Of a stretch of DNA of 64,000 bases, positions 48,075 through 58,569 are shown piece after piece. The notes under the pieces are model-generated. The model searched no databases. It was given only the letters and a program-made list of their open reading frames with translations, and was not told the origin of the DNA. Source of the DNA: Thermoprotei archaeon (GTDB taxonomy: Archaea; Thermoproteota; Thermoprotei; Gearchaeales; Gearchaeaceae); NCBI GenBank assembly GCA_017857595.1, contig JAFMCU010000003.1, positions 7,403 through 71,402 on the forward strand, written 5' to 3'. The position numbers and the translations under genes are program-made. Each line of letters starts with the position of its first letter. Positions within the stretch are counted from its first letter, which is position 1.

Positions 48075-49502
48075 TTATATAAACAAAGGCTTTTCATAGC
48101 TTTTTTGCTTAAATATTGTACAATATCTAGCTCTTTGCTCTAATTCAGGGCATCTTCTTAATTTAAAGCAATTTGCATGTGTTATATAAGTCAACTCCTT
48201 TAAATCTTCTTTAATAAACACTTCATTTATTTTGTTATTTATCATGCTTGCTATGATTTGAGTTTCAGCTTGTGCTAACTCACAGCATCTATTTCCTATG
48301 AAGCCTCTAAAATTGAAAATATTATAGCCATCTAGTCTTAACGTTGAAATCATAGCTAAGTTAGATGGTAAAACTATTATAGCATCGTTTTCATCTTCAT
48401 TTTTTAATTCTTCATAAAGATTAATTGAATCATTTAAAAATTCCACATACTTTTTTTGTTTATCACTGTTTAATGTTCTGATCGAATTTGGAACTATCAT
48501 CTCCATCCTCTCTGCTGCTTCATATAAACTTATTGATTGTTGTTGAATAGTTCTATGTCTTATTATTTGGTGTCTACTTACAAGACTATCTTTAACGCCA
48601 AAAAGGAAAAATAAATCATTGAAATCTCTAAAGTTGCCTTCTTTTACTCCTTCAACTATAATATTCTTTATTTCATCTTTTGTGAATTTCTTGATTGGTT
48701 CTACATTATATGATATCAAATTAACTTCATTTTTTCCATTCTTAGAAAATACGTTCTCTATTTTTTTCGCAAAATTTGAAGATGCAAATGGAAAAGGGTT
48801 AGGATAAAATTTGCCTATCTTTATTTGACTACTTACAACATTCACTAAATTTCTATATTCTATGCTAAGGGAATCACTTAAATTGTTAATTAAATCAGTC
48901 CATATTGAAGGAATTTTTAAGCTATGTTCTTTATAATATCTGATGGTTGATAACATGTGGACTATATGACTTAAGTTTATGCTACAACTGATAAATGTAC
49001 CTATGCACAACGGTAAATGATATCTTGCATCTTCTTCAGGTTTTCTTGTTTCTAAAACTTGAATTTCGGACATCAATTCGTTATAAAAAGAATAAGCTCT
49101 CTCTACATAACTTATAATTTTATTCTCTTTATTTTTTAGTGTGTTAGGAATGAAGATAAAAATGTTCTTTTCTTCTTTCTCTTTAATTAATGGCATCGTA
49201 TATCTTAATGACTGTTGTAGAAAATTGCTTCCTATTGAATATGATACTAGCGCTAATGTTGCAAGTCTGGGTAAAATTAAAGAAGCATGTATATTTGGCA
49301 TTTCCAAAATAGATGAATAGCCATCTTTAATTGCTGCTATTATATCTGAACTTCTTTTTTCAACTTCCTCCTCATTCAATTCATAATCGATATAATGTGG
49401 AGTTTTTTTACTCCATGTAGAAATTGTTTCGGAAATTAATCGCTTAAAGGATATATTGCATTGAATATCGATAATACTTGCAGATCTTAAAATCTTTATC
49501 AT
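48075..49502 (-). CDS. thyX: Tandem-domain flavin-dependent thymidylate synthase (ThyX-like)
   Basis: Domain 1: GYSSILE, QQSLRY, EDARYHLP; domain 2: SRHQIIRHRT, DAIIVLP, RCCELAQAE. Confidence 0.72.
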   Translation of the reverse strand: MIKILRSASIIDIQCNISFKRLISETISTWSKKTPHYIDYELNEEEVEKRSSDIIAAIKDGYSSILEMPNIHASLILPRLATLALVSYSIGSNFLQQSLRYTMPLIKEKEEKNIFIFIPNTLKNKENKIISYVERAYSFYNELMSEIQVLETRKPEEDARYHLPLCIGTFISCSINLSHIVHMLSTIRYYKEHSLKIPSIWTDLINNLSDSLSIEYRNLVNVVSSQIKIGKFYPNPFPFASSNFAKKIENVFSKNGKNEVNLISYNVEPIKKFTKDEIKNIIVEGVKEGNFRDFNDLFFLFGVKDSLVSRHQIIRHRTIQQQSISLYEAAERMEMIVPNSIRTLNSDKQKKYVEFLNDSINLYEELKNEDENDAIIVLPSNLAMISTLRLDGYNIFNFRGFIGNRCCELAQAETQIIASMINNKINEVFIKEDLKELTYITHANCFKLRRCPELEQRARYCTIFKQKSYEKPLFI

Positions 49503-49533
49503 TAAATATCTATGAAGAAATTTTTATAATAAC

Positions 49534-49860
49534 TTATTTAAAAAGCTCTTTGACAAATTTAATTAGTTCAGAATTATTCGTTATTTTTACCGAATATTTT
49601 AACTCCAGTTCGTTTATAATTCTATTCAGAATTATTTGAGAGAGATCATTAAAAATTTCAATTAAAAATTCTATAAAATCATCTATTCTATCGACAATCT
49701 CATCTTTATCCAAGTTCTTTCTTATTTTCAAATGAAAATATAAAGTTTCTGTTTCATCTTTTCCAAAAAGCATCTTAAGAACGTTGTCAATAATTTTGAT
49801 TAGTTCTTTCTTTTTTTCATTTTTTGAATCTTTTTTGCTGTAATTATTTCCTTTATGCAT
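49534..49860 (-). CDS. Small helical protein resembling NitrOD5/DUF3227
   Basis: IDNVLKMLFG.....LYFHL...IVDRIDDFIEFLIEIF pattern; recognised from memory only. Confidence 0.5.
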   Translation of the reverse strand: MHKGNNYSKKDSKNEKKKELIKIIDNVLKMLFGKDETETLYFHLKIRKNLDKDEIVDRIDDFIEFLIEIFNDLSQIILNRIINELELKYSVKITNNSELIKFVKELFK

Positions 49861-49967
49861 TTAGTTAAATTAATTATATTGTATATATTAATCTTACTTT
49901 AATTAAGGTAAAATTGTTATTTAGTAATTTAAAATTTTTTAAAATAAATTTCAAAAATTAAATAAAT

Positions 49968-50336
49968 TTACAAATTGTTGGAAAGTATTCTATTTTTTGC
50001 GGATTCTTCACTAATAAATTCAATAAGTTTACTATTAACTTTATTATTCAATTCCGCGATTTGCTTCTCATCTTTATTAATGATTAGATAGATTTTTGAT
50101 CCAATGTCTAGAGCTGTAATTGTACTTCTTAAAGCCTCTTTTTCTAAATTTTTTTCATCCACAACGTTAAAATATATTCTTTTATCATTATGTGAAAGTA
50201 GAATATCTATCTTATGAGCTATATTACTTTTACCAACTACCTTTACATCTTCAATCAAATTAAATTTTGTACTGCTTTTCTTATTCAACTCACTTAATAA
50301 TTCTTTAAATGCTAAATTTTTGTTCTCTAACGCCAT
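49968..50336 (-). CDS. Hypothetical protein, degenerate restriction-endonuclease-like fold
   Basis: VVGKSNIAHKIDIL resembles the V.GxSG..H.FDI motif of archaeal PD-(D/E)XK-like domains; no clear ExK. Confidence 0.45.
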   Translation of the reverse strand: MALENKNLAFKELLSELNKKSSTKFNLIEDVKVVGKSNIAHKIDILLSHNDKRIYFNVVDEKNLEKEALRSTITALDIGSKIYLIINKDEKQIAELNNKVNSKLIEFISEESAKNRILSNNL

Positions 50337-50385
50337 AATTTATGCGAAGTTTTGAATATATTTAATATATAAGCTTTATCCTATT

Positions 50386-50394
50386 CCCCCCCCC
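50386..50394. repeat. C9 homopolymer in a divergent intergenic region
   Basis: Directly visible (ctatt-ccccccccc-agtt); very unusual in this AT-rich window. Confidence 0.8.
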
Positions 50395-50503
50395 AGTTAT
50401 ATGGAATTTTTTTATTTTTTTAAAAAAGTAAAGAAAATTTTTGAAAAATATTAAAAAATTAGAAATCAAAAAAATTTTCCAAACTCGATAATGGCTAACA
50501 TTT

Positions 50504-51220
50504 ATGTATCTTTTAATTAATAATCTTTTTATGGTAAGGTTTCGAAGTTATATTTCAATACTGAGATTTTATTTTCCGAGCGATGTTAGAATAGGATCCA
50601 GAAAATCCCATGTTGAACTTAGACATATACTAATTTCATGGTTAGTACTCAGCTTTTTATTTTCATATCGATTTTTAGTTCTTGAAGGTTTAAGAATATT
50701 TCCAATTTATTTCTTTGTTAGCTTGGTTACAGTCGGTTTAGGCTTTATATTACACGAGCTTTCACATAAATATATAGCTAGGCATTACGGTCATTGGGCA
50801 GAGTTTAGAATGTCGATTCAAGGATTACTTTTTGCAATTCTATTTACAATAGTATCATTTGGGTTATTTATATTCGCAGCTCCAGGAGCAACTGTTATAG
50901 TGCCTGCAGGAGGTATATTTGGTTATGGAATATCTAAAAGAGAGAATGGAATTATTTCTGCAGCAGGTCCTTTAGTTAATCTTATTTTGTCTGCTATTTT
51001 TTATGTGCTCTATATTTTAGGGAATCTTTATAATATCATAATACTTTTCCTAGTAGGTTATTATGGTTCTTTTATAAATGCTTGGCTTGCAGCCTTCAAT
51101 TTAATCCCTATTGGTATCCTAGACGGAAGGAAAATATTTTCTTGGAATATTTTAGTTTGGGTCTTATTAGCAATACCTTCTTGGCTAATATCTGCACTTT
51201 TTATTTTAGGAATTATTTAA
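50504..51220 (+). CDS. Site-2 protease (M50) family membrane metalloprotease
   Basis: LHELSH, AAGPLVN, FNLIP.GILDG; start may be 50531. Confidence 0.92.
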   Translation: MYLLINNLFMVRFRSYISILRFYFPSDVRIGSRKSHVELRHILISWLVLSFLFSYRFLVLEGLRIFPIYFFVSLVTVGLGFILHELSHKYIARHYGHWAEFRMSIQGLLFAILFTIVSFGLFIFAAPGATVIVPAGGIFGYGISKRENGIISAAGPLVNLILSAIFYVLYILGNLYNIIILFLVGYYGSFINAWLAAFNLIPIGILDGRKIFSWNILVWVLLAIPSWLISALFILGII

Positions 51221-51222
51221 GT

Positions 51223-51834
51223 TTAAAAATTTTTATAATACCAATTTTTTATGATTTTTATATCATCAAAAGTTAAATTATGTCCATAAGGTATCCATTC
51301 AATCTCAACAATAGCTTTATATTCTATTAAAATATTGAACAATCTTTTAGGATACTCTTTGTTCACAAGTTCATCAAACATTCCTGCTAAAATTAAAATC
51401 TTCTTATCCTTTAAGTTAATATTTTCTTTAGGTTCAAATGGGATCATTGGTCTAATTAAGATAGCAGCATTAAATGCGTTAGGAAATGTGAATAATAAGC
51501 TTATGGCCATATTTGCTCCATTTGAATATCCTAGCGTAATCATCTTATGGTCTTCTAATTCATATTTAACTTTCGCTCTTATTATGAAATCGTATAGTTC
51601 TTTTGTTCTAAATTTTAAATCTTCCAAATCAAATACACCTGGGGCTATTCTTTTAAAATATCGAGGCATTCCATTTTCAATAACTTTTCCACGAGGACTT
51701 AGAATAGCAACGCTATTATCTATCTCTTCAGCAATTGGTATAAGGTCTTTTTCATCACCTCCTGTACCATGTAACAATAAGAAACAAATTTTTTTTGGCG
51801 AAGAAGATCTTTTAAATATATGAATGAAATCCAT
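51223..51834 (-). CDS. Alpha/beta hydrolase (carboxylesterase-like)
   Basis: LLHGTGG, GYSNGA, G.FD, GH. Confidence 0.88.
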   Translation of the reverse strand: MDFIHIFKRSSSPKKICFLLLHGTGGDEKDLIPIAEEIDNSVAILSPRGKVIENGMPRYFKRIAPGVFDLEDLKFRTKELYDFIIRAKVKYELEDHKMITLGYSNGANMAISLLFTFPNAFNAAILIRPMIPFEPKENINLKDKKILILAGMFDELVNKEYPKRLFNILIEYKAIVEIEWIPYGHNLTFDDIKIIKNWYYKNF

Positions 51835-51838
51835 TTTC

Positions 51839-52945
51839 TTATACCCAAAGGTCTAATTTTTCAATTCTTGTTGAAACGTTTTTCATGAATTCAAAATCTA
51901 CATTAACGCCAATTCCAGGAGAATCGTAAGGAATTATTGTACCATTGTTCATTTTGAAAAGATTTAAAACAATATCTTTATTAAAATATCTTTCATTTGG
52001 TGAAGTATCACCAGGCATATTTATTGAATTTAAGCTTGCTAACGCTATGTTGAAAGCTCTGCCAATTCCAGTTTCAAGCATGCCTCCTATCCATACACCT
52101 TTTTTAAATTCTTTAGCTAATTCAATAACTTTTAAAGAATTATATACCCCTCCCAATCTACCTGGCTTTATATTGATTATATCTGCGGCCCCGATCTCGA
52201 ATGCTTTCAATGCTTTTTCATATGATGTAATTGGTTCATCTAAGCATATAGGTGTTGATATTTCTTTTCTAAGCTTAGCATGATGTATAATATCGTCATG
52301 CTGCAAAGGTTGTTCAATATATAGTAAATTATATTTATCTAGAGCCTTTAAAATTTCAATATCTTTTATAGTATAACAGCCATTTGCATCTGCAGATAAT
52401 GGTATGTCAGGAAAGTATTCTCTTATTTCACTCAATATCTTAATTTCTTTTCCTTTGTCAATCTTAACCTTTATCCTTCTGTAACCTGATTTTATAGATT
52501 CGTGTATAAAATTTATCATTTTCTTTACATCATCAATGCCGATTGATATTCCTATTAGAGCATAGCCTTTTGATTCTCCAATGTATTTGTATAATGGAAT
52601 TTTTTTAACCTTTGAGTAGTAATCCCAAAGAAGCATTTCAATTGCCGCTTTAGCCATATTATGACCTTTTATCTTCTCACTTCTTTCTAGAAATTTTGAA
52701 GGTTCAGGCACATCTTTAATGTAATTTATTAAATATGTTTTTATTATATGCAAAGCAGTTTCATTATCTTCATAACTATAATAAGGGCCTTCATCTGTCA
52801 CGCATTCTGAATAAGCGTCTATACCATTATACATTAAATGTAAAATTATAGCATTCCTATAATGTTGAGTTCCAAAGCTTGTTGTAAATGGTATCTTTAA
52901 GGGGAGTCTTATTTTATAAATCGTAAGAGACTTATTTGAAAACAT
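51839..52945 (-). CDS. menC: o-Succinylbenzoate synthase / N-acylamino acid racemase (enolase superfamily)
   Basis: KVK, DAN, EQP, LDE, NIKPGRLGG, GGMLETG; OSBS versus NAAAR cannot be decided. Confidence 0.78.
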   Translation of the reverse strand: MFSNKSLTIYKIRLPLKIPFTTSFGTQHYRNAIILHLMYNGIDAYSECVTDEGPYYSYEDNETALHIIKTYLINYIKDVPEPSKFLERSEKIKGHNMAKAAIEMLLWDYYSKVKKIPLYKYIGESKGYALIGISIGIDDVKKMINFIHESIKSGYRRIKVKIDKGKEIKILSEIREYFPDIPLSADANGCYTIKDIEILKALDKYNLLYIEQPLQHDDIIHHAKLRKEISTPICLDEPITSYEKALKAFEIGAADIINIKPGRLGGVYNSLKVIELAKEFKKGVWIGGMLETGIGRAFNIALASLNSINMPGDTSPNERYFNKDIVLNLFKMNNGTIIPYDSPGIGVNVDFEFMKNVSTRIEKLDLWV

Positions 52946-52993
52946 TCATATTTAAAATACACATTATATTAATTAAAGTTAGATAAAAAGCAA

Positions 52994-54361
52994 ATGGTTG
53001 TAGAATTGAGATATCAAGGAGGAACATTGGTAATTAATGGTTTTGAAACTCATTATTTACCTTCATTAAATTTTATCAAATATGATCCTAGGATTAATGC
53101 ATACAGATGCGTGGCATATAAATATGCTGATTTAATTAGCTTTTTAAAAGACAAAGAAATACCTTTTATTGATAACGCATTAAAGCCTCTACAAGGTAAA
53201 ATCGATATCAAAAGAGAGATAATATTAAGGAATTATCAAAAGGAAGCAATAGATTCATGGAAATTAAACAATTATAGAGGAATCATAGTTTTCCCTACAG
53301 GTTCTGGTAAGACATATCTTGCTATTCAGGCGATGCAAATGTTAAACAAGTCAACTTTGATAACTGTTCCTACAATTGAGCTTTTAAACCAATGGTATAG
53401 TATTATAAACAAAACATTTTTAACAGAAGTTGGTAGACTAGGAGGAGGTTTTAAAGAAATTAAATTTATAACAGTATCAACTTACGATTCTGCATATCTT
53501 CAAGCTGAAAATCTCGGAAATAAATTTGAGTTTGTTATATTCGATGAAGTGCATCATTTAGCCAGTGAAAGTTATAGGCAAATCGCTCAAATGTTAATAG
53601 CTCCATTTAGAATGGGTCTTACAGCTACACCAGAAAGAGTTGATATGCAACATATTATATTTCCTGAGATAGTGGGGGATATTGTTTATAAAAGACGTGT
53701 AGCTGACCTCGCAGGCAAATATCTAGCAAAATTCGAAGTGATTAGGCATTATGTTAACTTAACTGAAGAAGAAAAGTTAGCTTATGAAAAGTTTAGAACA
53801 AAATTCAAGAAATTCTTTGAGGAAAATAACATCCAAATTAGAAGCTTAGAAGAATTTTATTATTTAATAATGAAAAGTGGGATGGACAGGAAGGCTAGAG
53901 AAGCTTTACTCGCTTGGAATGAGGCAAGAAAAATTGCTTTGAATGCTTCTGAAAAATTAAAAATGCTCGAAAATTTACTTAAGAAGCATAAAGGTGATCG
54001 TATTTTAATATTTACAGAGCACAATATGCTTGCTAAGGAAATATCAAAAAGATATTTGATTCCCGAAATTACATATAAAACAAATGATAAGGAAAGAGAA
54101 CAAGTTATGGAGAAATTTAGGCAAGGGATATATAATGTAATTGTTACGAGTAAGGTTTTGGAAGAAGGTATCGATGTGCCTGAAGCAAATGTTGCAATAA
54201 TTTTAAGCGGGAGTGGAAGCAAAAGGGAATTTATTCAAAGATTGGGTAGAATATTAAGGCCTAAAGAGGGTAAAATCGCTAAGTTATACGAAATAGTGAC
54301 GAGAGGTACAACAGAAGTTAATCTATCATACAGAAGGCAAGCTAAAGAGGAATTGTTTTAG
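52994..54361 (+). CDS. xpb: XPB-family SF2 helicase
   Basis: PTGSGKT, DEVHH, GLTATPER, EGIDVP, QRLGRILR; adjacent to DUF790. Confidence 0.9.
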   Translation: MVVELRYQGGTLVINGFETHYLPSLNFIKYDPRINAYRCVAYKYADLISFLKDKEIPFIDNALKPLQGKIDIKREIILRNYQKEAIDSWKLNNYRGIIVFPTGSGKTYLAIQAMQMLNKSTLITVPTIELLNQWYSIINKTFLTEVGRLGGGFKEIKFITVSTYDSAYLQAENLGNKFEFVIFDEVHHLASESYRQIAQMLIAPFRMGLTATPERVDMQHIIFPEIVGDIVYKRRVADLAGKYLAKFEVIRHYVNLTEEEKLAYEKFRTKFKKFFEENNIQIRSLEEFYYLIMKSGMDRKAREALLAWNEARKIALNASEKLKMLENLLKKHKGDRILIFTEHNMLAKEISKRYLIPEITYKTNDKEREQVMEKFRQGIYNVIVTSKVLEEGIDVPEANVAIILSGSGSKREFIQRLGRILRPKEGKIAKLYEIVTRGTTEVNLSYRRQAKEELF

Positions 54362-54362
54362 A

Positions 54363-55586
54363 GTGCTACCAAGTGAGTTAGCAAGATATAAAATAATTAA
54401 GAATCAATATATTGTTCCTTTGTTTGCTGAAGTTAATGAAGAAAATTTGTTCATAGCTGATTCTTTAATAAAATGTTATGAAGAAAATGTAAATAAAAAA
54501 ATTTTAGATTTAAACAACTCAATTCGAGAACTTGAATTCATGGCTAATGCATTTGGATACGATTTTAAGCTTGTAAGAGGATTGAAATCATTATTAGATA
54601 GAAGAATAAGGCTAAATGATAACGTTGATGAAAATCTAATATTTGAAATCCGGTCTCAAATATTTGAGTTAAGTAATAAAATGTATAAGGGATCAGTTTT
54701 AAATGAAAACGAGAGAGATAAAATATTTTCCATTATTGCTGAAAAATATAAAATTAGCAAAGAAAAAGTTGAAGAATTGTTCCTTTCAGTATATGAGGAT
54801 GAAATGTTCATTAAAGGCTTTGAGAGTATTTCTCCTGAAGAATTGATTAAGCAATACAATCTTTCATTGCTTCAAACAATTCTCTTTAAGTGTAAACAAT
54901 TGCAAATAACGGTCGATTTAACCGGTCATGATATGCGTTTATTGCTTTGGAGTATAAAAAAGTTAGGATTGTTATATCATGCTGAAAATAATTTTAACAA
55001 AATAAACTTGATCATCGACGGTCCTTTGTCTATTTTAAAGCAAACAGAGAGATATGGAACAAGAATTGCAAAGCTCATTCCATTAATATTAAGTTTTAAA
55101 GATTGGAGCATAAAGGCAATTATTGTAAAGAAATTTAGAAAAATTAAAAATTTTGAAAAAAATTATACTTTATTGATTAGCAAAAATCTTGCTTCTTATT
55201 TTCCAAAATATGAACATAAAGAAATAACATATGATAGCGAAGTGGAAGCAGATTTAGCAAAAAAGCTAGTAACTGTTGGGGGTGAATGGCAAGTAATAAG
55301 AGAGCCAGAACCGATAATTTCTGGCTCAACAATATTCATACCAGATTTTGCATTAATAAAAGGAGATAAGAAGGTTTATTTAGAAATCGTAGGATTTTGG
55401 ACGCCTGATTATTTAAAAAGGAAATTAGAAAAAATAAAATCATTAAAAGGAATAAATTTGATATTGGCGATAGATGAATCTTTACATGAATTTAAAATAG
55501 ATGATGTTGGAAATTTTAATATTATCAAATATAACAAAAAGGTTTCTTCTATTGATATTATAAAAATATTGAAAAAATTTGAATAA
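54363..55586 (+). CDS. bax1: Bax1 (DUF790) endonuclease
   Basis: YNLSLLQT, DGP, RYG, YDSEVE, REPEP, IPDF, EIVGFWTPDYL. Confidence 0.9.
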   Translation: MLPSELARYKIIKNQYIVPLFAEVNEENLFIADSLIKCYEENVNKKILDLNNSIRELEFMANAFGYDFKLVRGLKSLLDRRIRLNDNVDENLIFEIRSQIFELSNKMYKGSVLNENERDKIFSIIAEKYKISKEKVEELFLSVYEDEMFIKGFESISPEELIKQYNLSLLQTILFKCKQLQITVDLTGHDMRLLLWSIKKLGLLYHAENNFNKINLIIDGPLSILKQTERYGTRIAKLIPLILSFKDWSIKAIIVKKFRKIKNFEKNYTLLISKNLASYFPKYEHKEITYDSEVEADLAKKLVTVGGEWQVIREPEPIISGSTIFIPDFALIKGDKKVYLEIVGFWTPDYLKRKLEKIKSLKGINLILAIDESLHEFKIDDVGNFNIIKYNKKVSSIDIIKILKKFE

Positions 55587-56519
55587 CTATTTCTTAAGAT
55601 TCTCTTTTATTTTTCTAGTAAATATCGGTAAAAATTGATATAGGTCTGCAACAACTCCATAATCAGCGTACTTGAATATGGTTGCATTTTTATCTTTATT
55701 TATTGCTACTATTATTTTAGAATCCATTATTCCTGAAACGTGTTGAGGGGCACCTGAAATACCTACAGCAATATAGAGCTTTGGTCTTATTATTTTTGAT
55801 GATATACCTATCCAAAGGTCATTAGGTAACCAGCCATAATCCGCTGCGATTGGTCTTGAGCAGCCTATTACACCGTTTAAAACTTCAGCTAAATCTTGCG
55901 CCAATTTGATATCTTCTTTACTTTTAAATCCTCTACCTATTCCTACTACCACGTCAGCATTTTCGATATTAAATCCGCTTTTTTTAATTTCTTCAAAACC
56001 TTTTGATGTAATCTTTGTCTTTTCAATCTCTGTAATTTCCTTTATGAGAGATTGCTTATCTAATTTTATTCTAGGGTAAACTTTTATTGGAACTGTTACC
56101 GAAAGCTTTAAACTTTTTTCAACTTCTATGTATGATATTCCTCTTCCTCCTAAAACTTGCCTAGAAAATATTAGGGTAGCATCATTATCCTTAATTGAAG
56201 TAGCATTTGAAATCATTGGCAAGTTATACTTTGCACTTACATAAGCAATTATATCGTTATTATTTACAGTATGCGGTGAAACTAAATATTGAATCTCATT
56301 CTCTTTATAGAATTTAATTAGGAACTTGGCCCATTGCTCAGGTATTAAATTTTCCTTTGCAAAATGAATTTCGTCAAAATTACTTAGAACATCATTATCT
56401 TCAGTTAATTTTGAGACACCAAAAATTTTTCCTTCATTGCCTTTTAATATGTTTGCTATGTATACTGCTTCGTTGATTACTCTAGGATCTTCAGAAAATA
56501 CTAAAATGTTTCTTTTCAT
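55587..56519 (-). CDS. etfA: Electron transfer flavoprotein alpha subunit
   Basis: GIGRG, GCSRP, GISGAPQH, INKD..ATIF. Confidence 0.92.
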   Translation of the reverse strand: MKRNILVFSEDPRVINEAVYIANILKGNEGKIFGVSKLTEDNDVLSNFDEIHFAKENLIPEQWAKFLIKFYKENEIQYLVSPHTVNNNDIIAYVSAKYNLPMISNATSIKDNDATLIFSRQVLGGRGISYIEVEKSLKLSVTVPIKVYPRIKLDKQSLIKEITEIEKTKITSKGFEEIKKSGFNIENADVVVGIGRGFKSKEDIKLAQDLAEVLNGVIGCSRPIAADYGWLPNDLWIGISSKIIRPKLYIAVGISGAPQHVSGIMDSKIIVAINKDKNATIFKYADYGVVADLYQFLPIFTRKIKENLKK

Positions 56520-57322
56520 GCTTTAATCACACCTTCTTGAATCAAATTATCTACAAGCTTTTGCGCGATCTCTTCTAAATTGCCACCCTCATATATGATG
56601 TTCTTTCTCACAACAGGTCTAATTTCTATTCTTTGTTTCATTAGTTTAGCATTTAAATTGATTCCTAAATCCTTCAAAGTATATTTCATCAATGGCTTAT
56701 TCTTAGATTGCAAAATTTGTCTTAAAGTTGGTAATCTTGGTTGATTTATTTCTCCTGTAACGCTAATTACAGCAGGCATAGGTACTTCAACAGTTTCAAT
56801 TCCATTTGGCATTTCTCTTTGTAGTATTAAATTATTTCCACTAATTTCCACTTTTCTCACATAAGTTACAAATGGAATATCTAAAATTGAAGCAATCCTA
56901 GCAGGAATTTGAGAATTGGAAATATCCATAGAAGATTCTCCAGCAATAAATAAATCAAAATTTCCAAGCTTTCTTATTAAGCTTGCTAACGCTAAAGAAG
57001 TTTCCAAGGGAGTGCAATTATCTAAAACGTCATCTATAATAAAGTGGGCTTCATCGACACCTAAAGCAAGAACTTCTCTTAAAATTCTTTCGGCATCTGA
57101 TATTTTTTTGTTGACAGGCCCCCATGTTAAAGCAGAGACGCAAACAATTTTACCACCATGTTTTTCTTTTATCCTTATTGCTTCTTCAATCGCATTCTTA
57201 TCATATTCGCTTATAGCAAGTTGTGTATCAGCTGTATTGACTCTTCCGTCAGATTCGATTTTTAGAAGATTTAAGTTCAAAGATAATTTTACCAACGTCG
57301 CTATATTAACCATAAATAACAA
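56516..57322 (-). CDS. etfB: Electron transfer flavoprotein beta subunit
   Basis: YDKNAIEEA, LALGVD, INQPRLP. Confidence 0.9.
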   Translation of the reverse strand: MLFMVNIATLVKLSLNLNLLKIESDGRVNTADTQLAISEYDKNAIEEAIRIKEKHGGKIVCVSALTWGPVNKKISDAERILREVLALGVDEAHFIIDDVLDNCTPLETSLALASLIRKLGNFDLFIAGESSMDISNSQIPARIASILDIPFVTYVRKVEISGNNLILQREMPNGIETVEVPMPAVISVTGEINQPRLPTLRQILQSKNKPLMKYTLKDLGINLNAKLMKQRIEIRPVVRKNIIYEGGNLEEIAQKLVDNLIQEGVIKA

Positions 57323-57363
57323 TTAATTTTATGAAATATAATTAATTAATCTATAAGGATATC

Positions 57364-58569
57364 ATGAAAGAAATTTCTAAAGTTTTCAATAAAGGTTCTG
57401 TATTATTGGTTAGAGGTCCAGCCTCGATTAAAGTTATTAAAGGGAAAGTAAGCTGTCTCTCAAATTTTATATCATATTCACCTGTGATTGTGAGAAAATG
57501 GAAAGTTTTACCTCTTGAATGTGAAGATGATATATGTGAAGTTTCTATTTTAGCTTCCGACAACTCTTACGTTGAAGTTGCCAGCTCAAATTATGGGACA
57601 TATATTTGGAAACATTATGTCGAAAATATATTAGAAAATTTAGGAGGAAAATATAAAAAGATTGTAATCATAGGTGCAACTGATGCAGGAAAGTCAACGT
57701 TTTCTGTGTATTTAATTAATCTTGCATTAAGTAAAAATCTCCTACCTGGAATAATAGATGCTGACGTAGGTCAAAGTGATCTTACACCACCTTCATTCAT
57801 AGGATGTAAAAAGATTAAAAAGCAAATTTTCGACCTTAGAGATGAGAAGGCAGATTACACGTTAGCTATAGGAGTTATCGACTCATTTCATTTTAATGAT
57901 TTAATTATAAATGTAATAAAGAAAGAAATTGAATTACTACAAGATGCAAATATAATTATCATAAATACGGATGGATTTGTTGTTGATAAAGGTTTAGAGA
58001 ATAAGATATCTTTAATAAATCAAATTAATCCTGATTTAATTTTTATACTAGGCAATACTGAATTGTTTTCAAAAATTATTGAACTTTACAAAGAAAAATG
58101 TATGATTTTACCTAGGTGTGATATAATCAGAGATAGAAATGAAAGAGCAGAAAGAAGAGAAATACAATATCAAAAATATTTGATAGATTCAAAGAAAAAA
58201 ATTATTAACTTAACTAACTTAAAGATTGGACTTTTTGGTAGAATCTATGAGAAAACTTTAGTTGAGAAAGATACAGTTACAATGTTTAGTAAAGATAATT
58301 ACGCTTTAAAGATTTTTCCAAGTAAGTATGAGATGTTTATTATAAATTCGATGGAAAAAACCACCTTCATAACAAATGAATCATTGAGGGGTATGTTCGT
58401 AGGATTATCTGAAGATGAATTTATTATAGGATTTGGTGTAATAGAATCGTTCAATGGAAGTAAAATAAGAATTTTAACAAATTTTGATGGTAAATTTGAT
58501 TGTATTTGGTTAACTACAATACGAATTACAAAAACGGGCGAACAGAAAATAAGCTTAAGATTTATTTAA
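57364..58569 (+). CDS. Clp1/Grc3-family polynucleotide 5'-kinase
   Basis: GATDAGKST, DADVGQSD..PP, INTDG, RNERAERR lid. Confidence 0.85.
   Translation: MKEISKVFNKGSVLLVRGPASIKVIKGKVSCLSNFISYSPVIVRKWKVLPLECEDDICEVSILASDNSYVEVASSNYGTYIWKHYVENILENLGGKYKKIVIIGATDAGKSTFSVYLINLALSKNLLPGIIDADVGQSDLTPPSFIGCKKIKKQIFDLRDEKADYTLAIGVIDSFHFNDLIINVIKKEIELLQDANIIIINTDGFVVDKGLENKISLINQINPDLIFILGNTELFSKIIELYKEKCMILPRCDIIRDRNERAERREIQYQKYLIDSKKKIINLTNLKIGLFGRIYEKTLVEKDTVTMFSKDNYALKIFPSKYEMFIINSMEKTTFITNESLRGMFVGLSEDEFIIGFGVIESFNGSKIRILTNFDGKFDCIWLTTIRITKTGEQKISLRFI

Noticed and set aside
50340-50503. Replication origin
   Set aside because: No repeated ORB elements and no cdc6/orc1 or whiP adjacent; kept only as a low-interest oddity.
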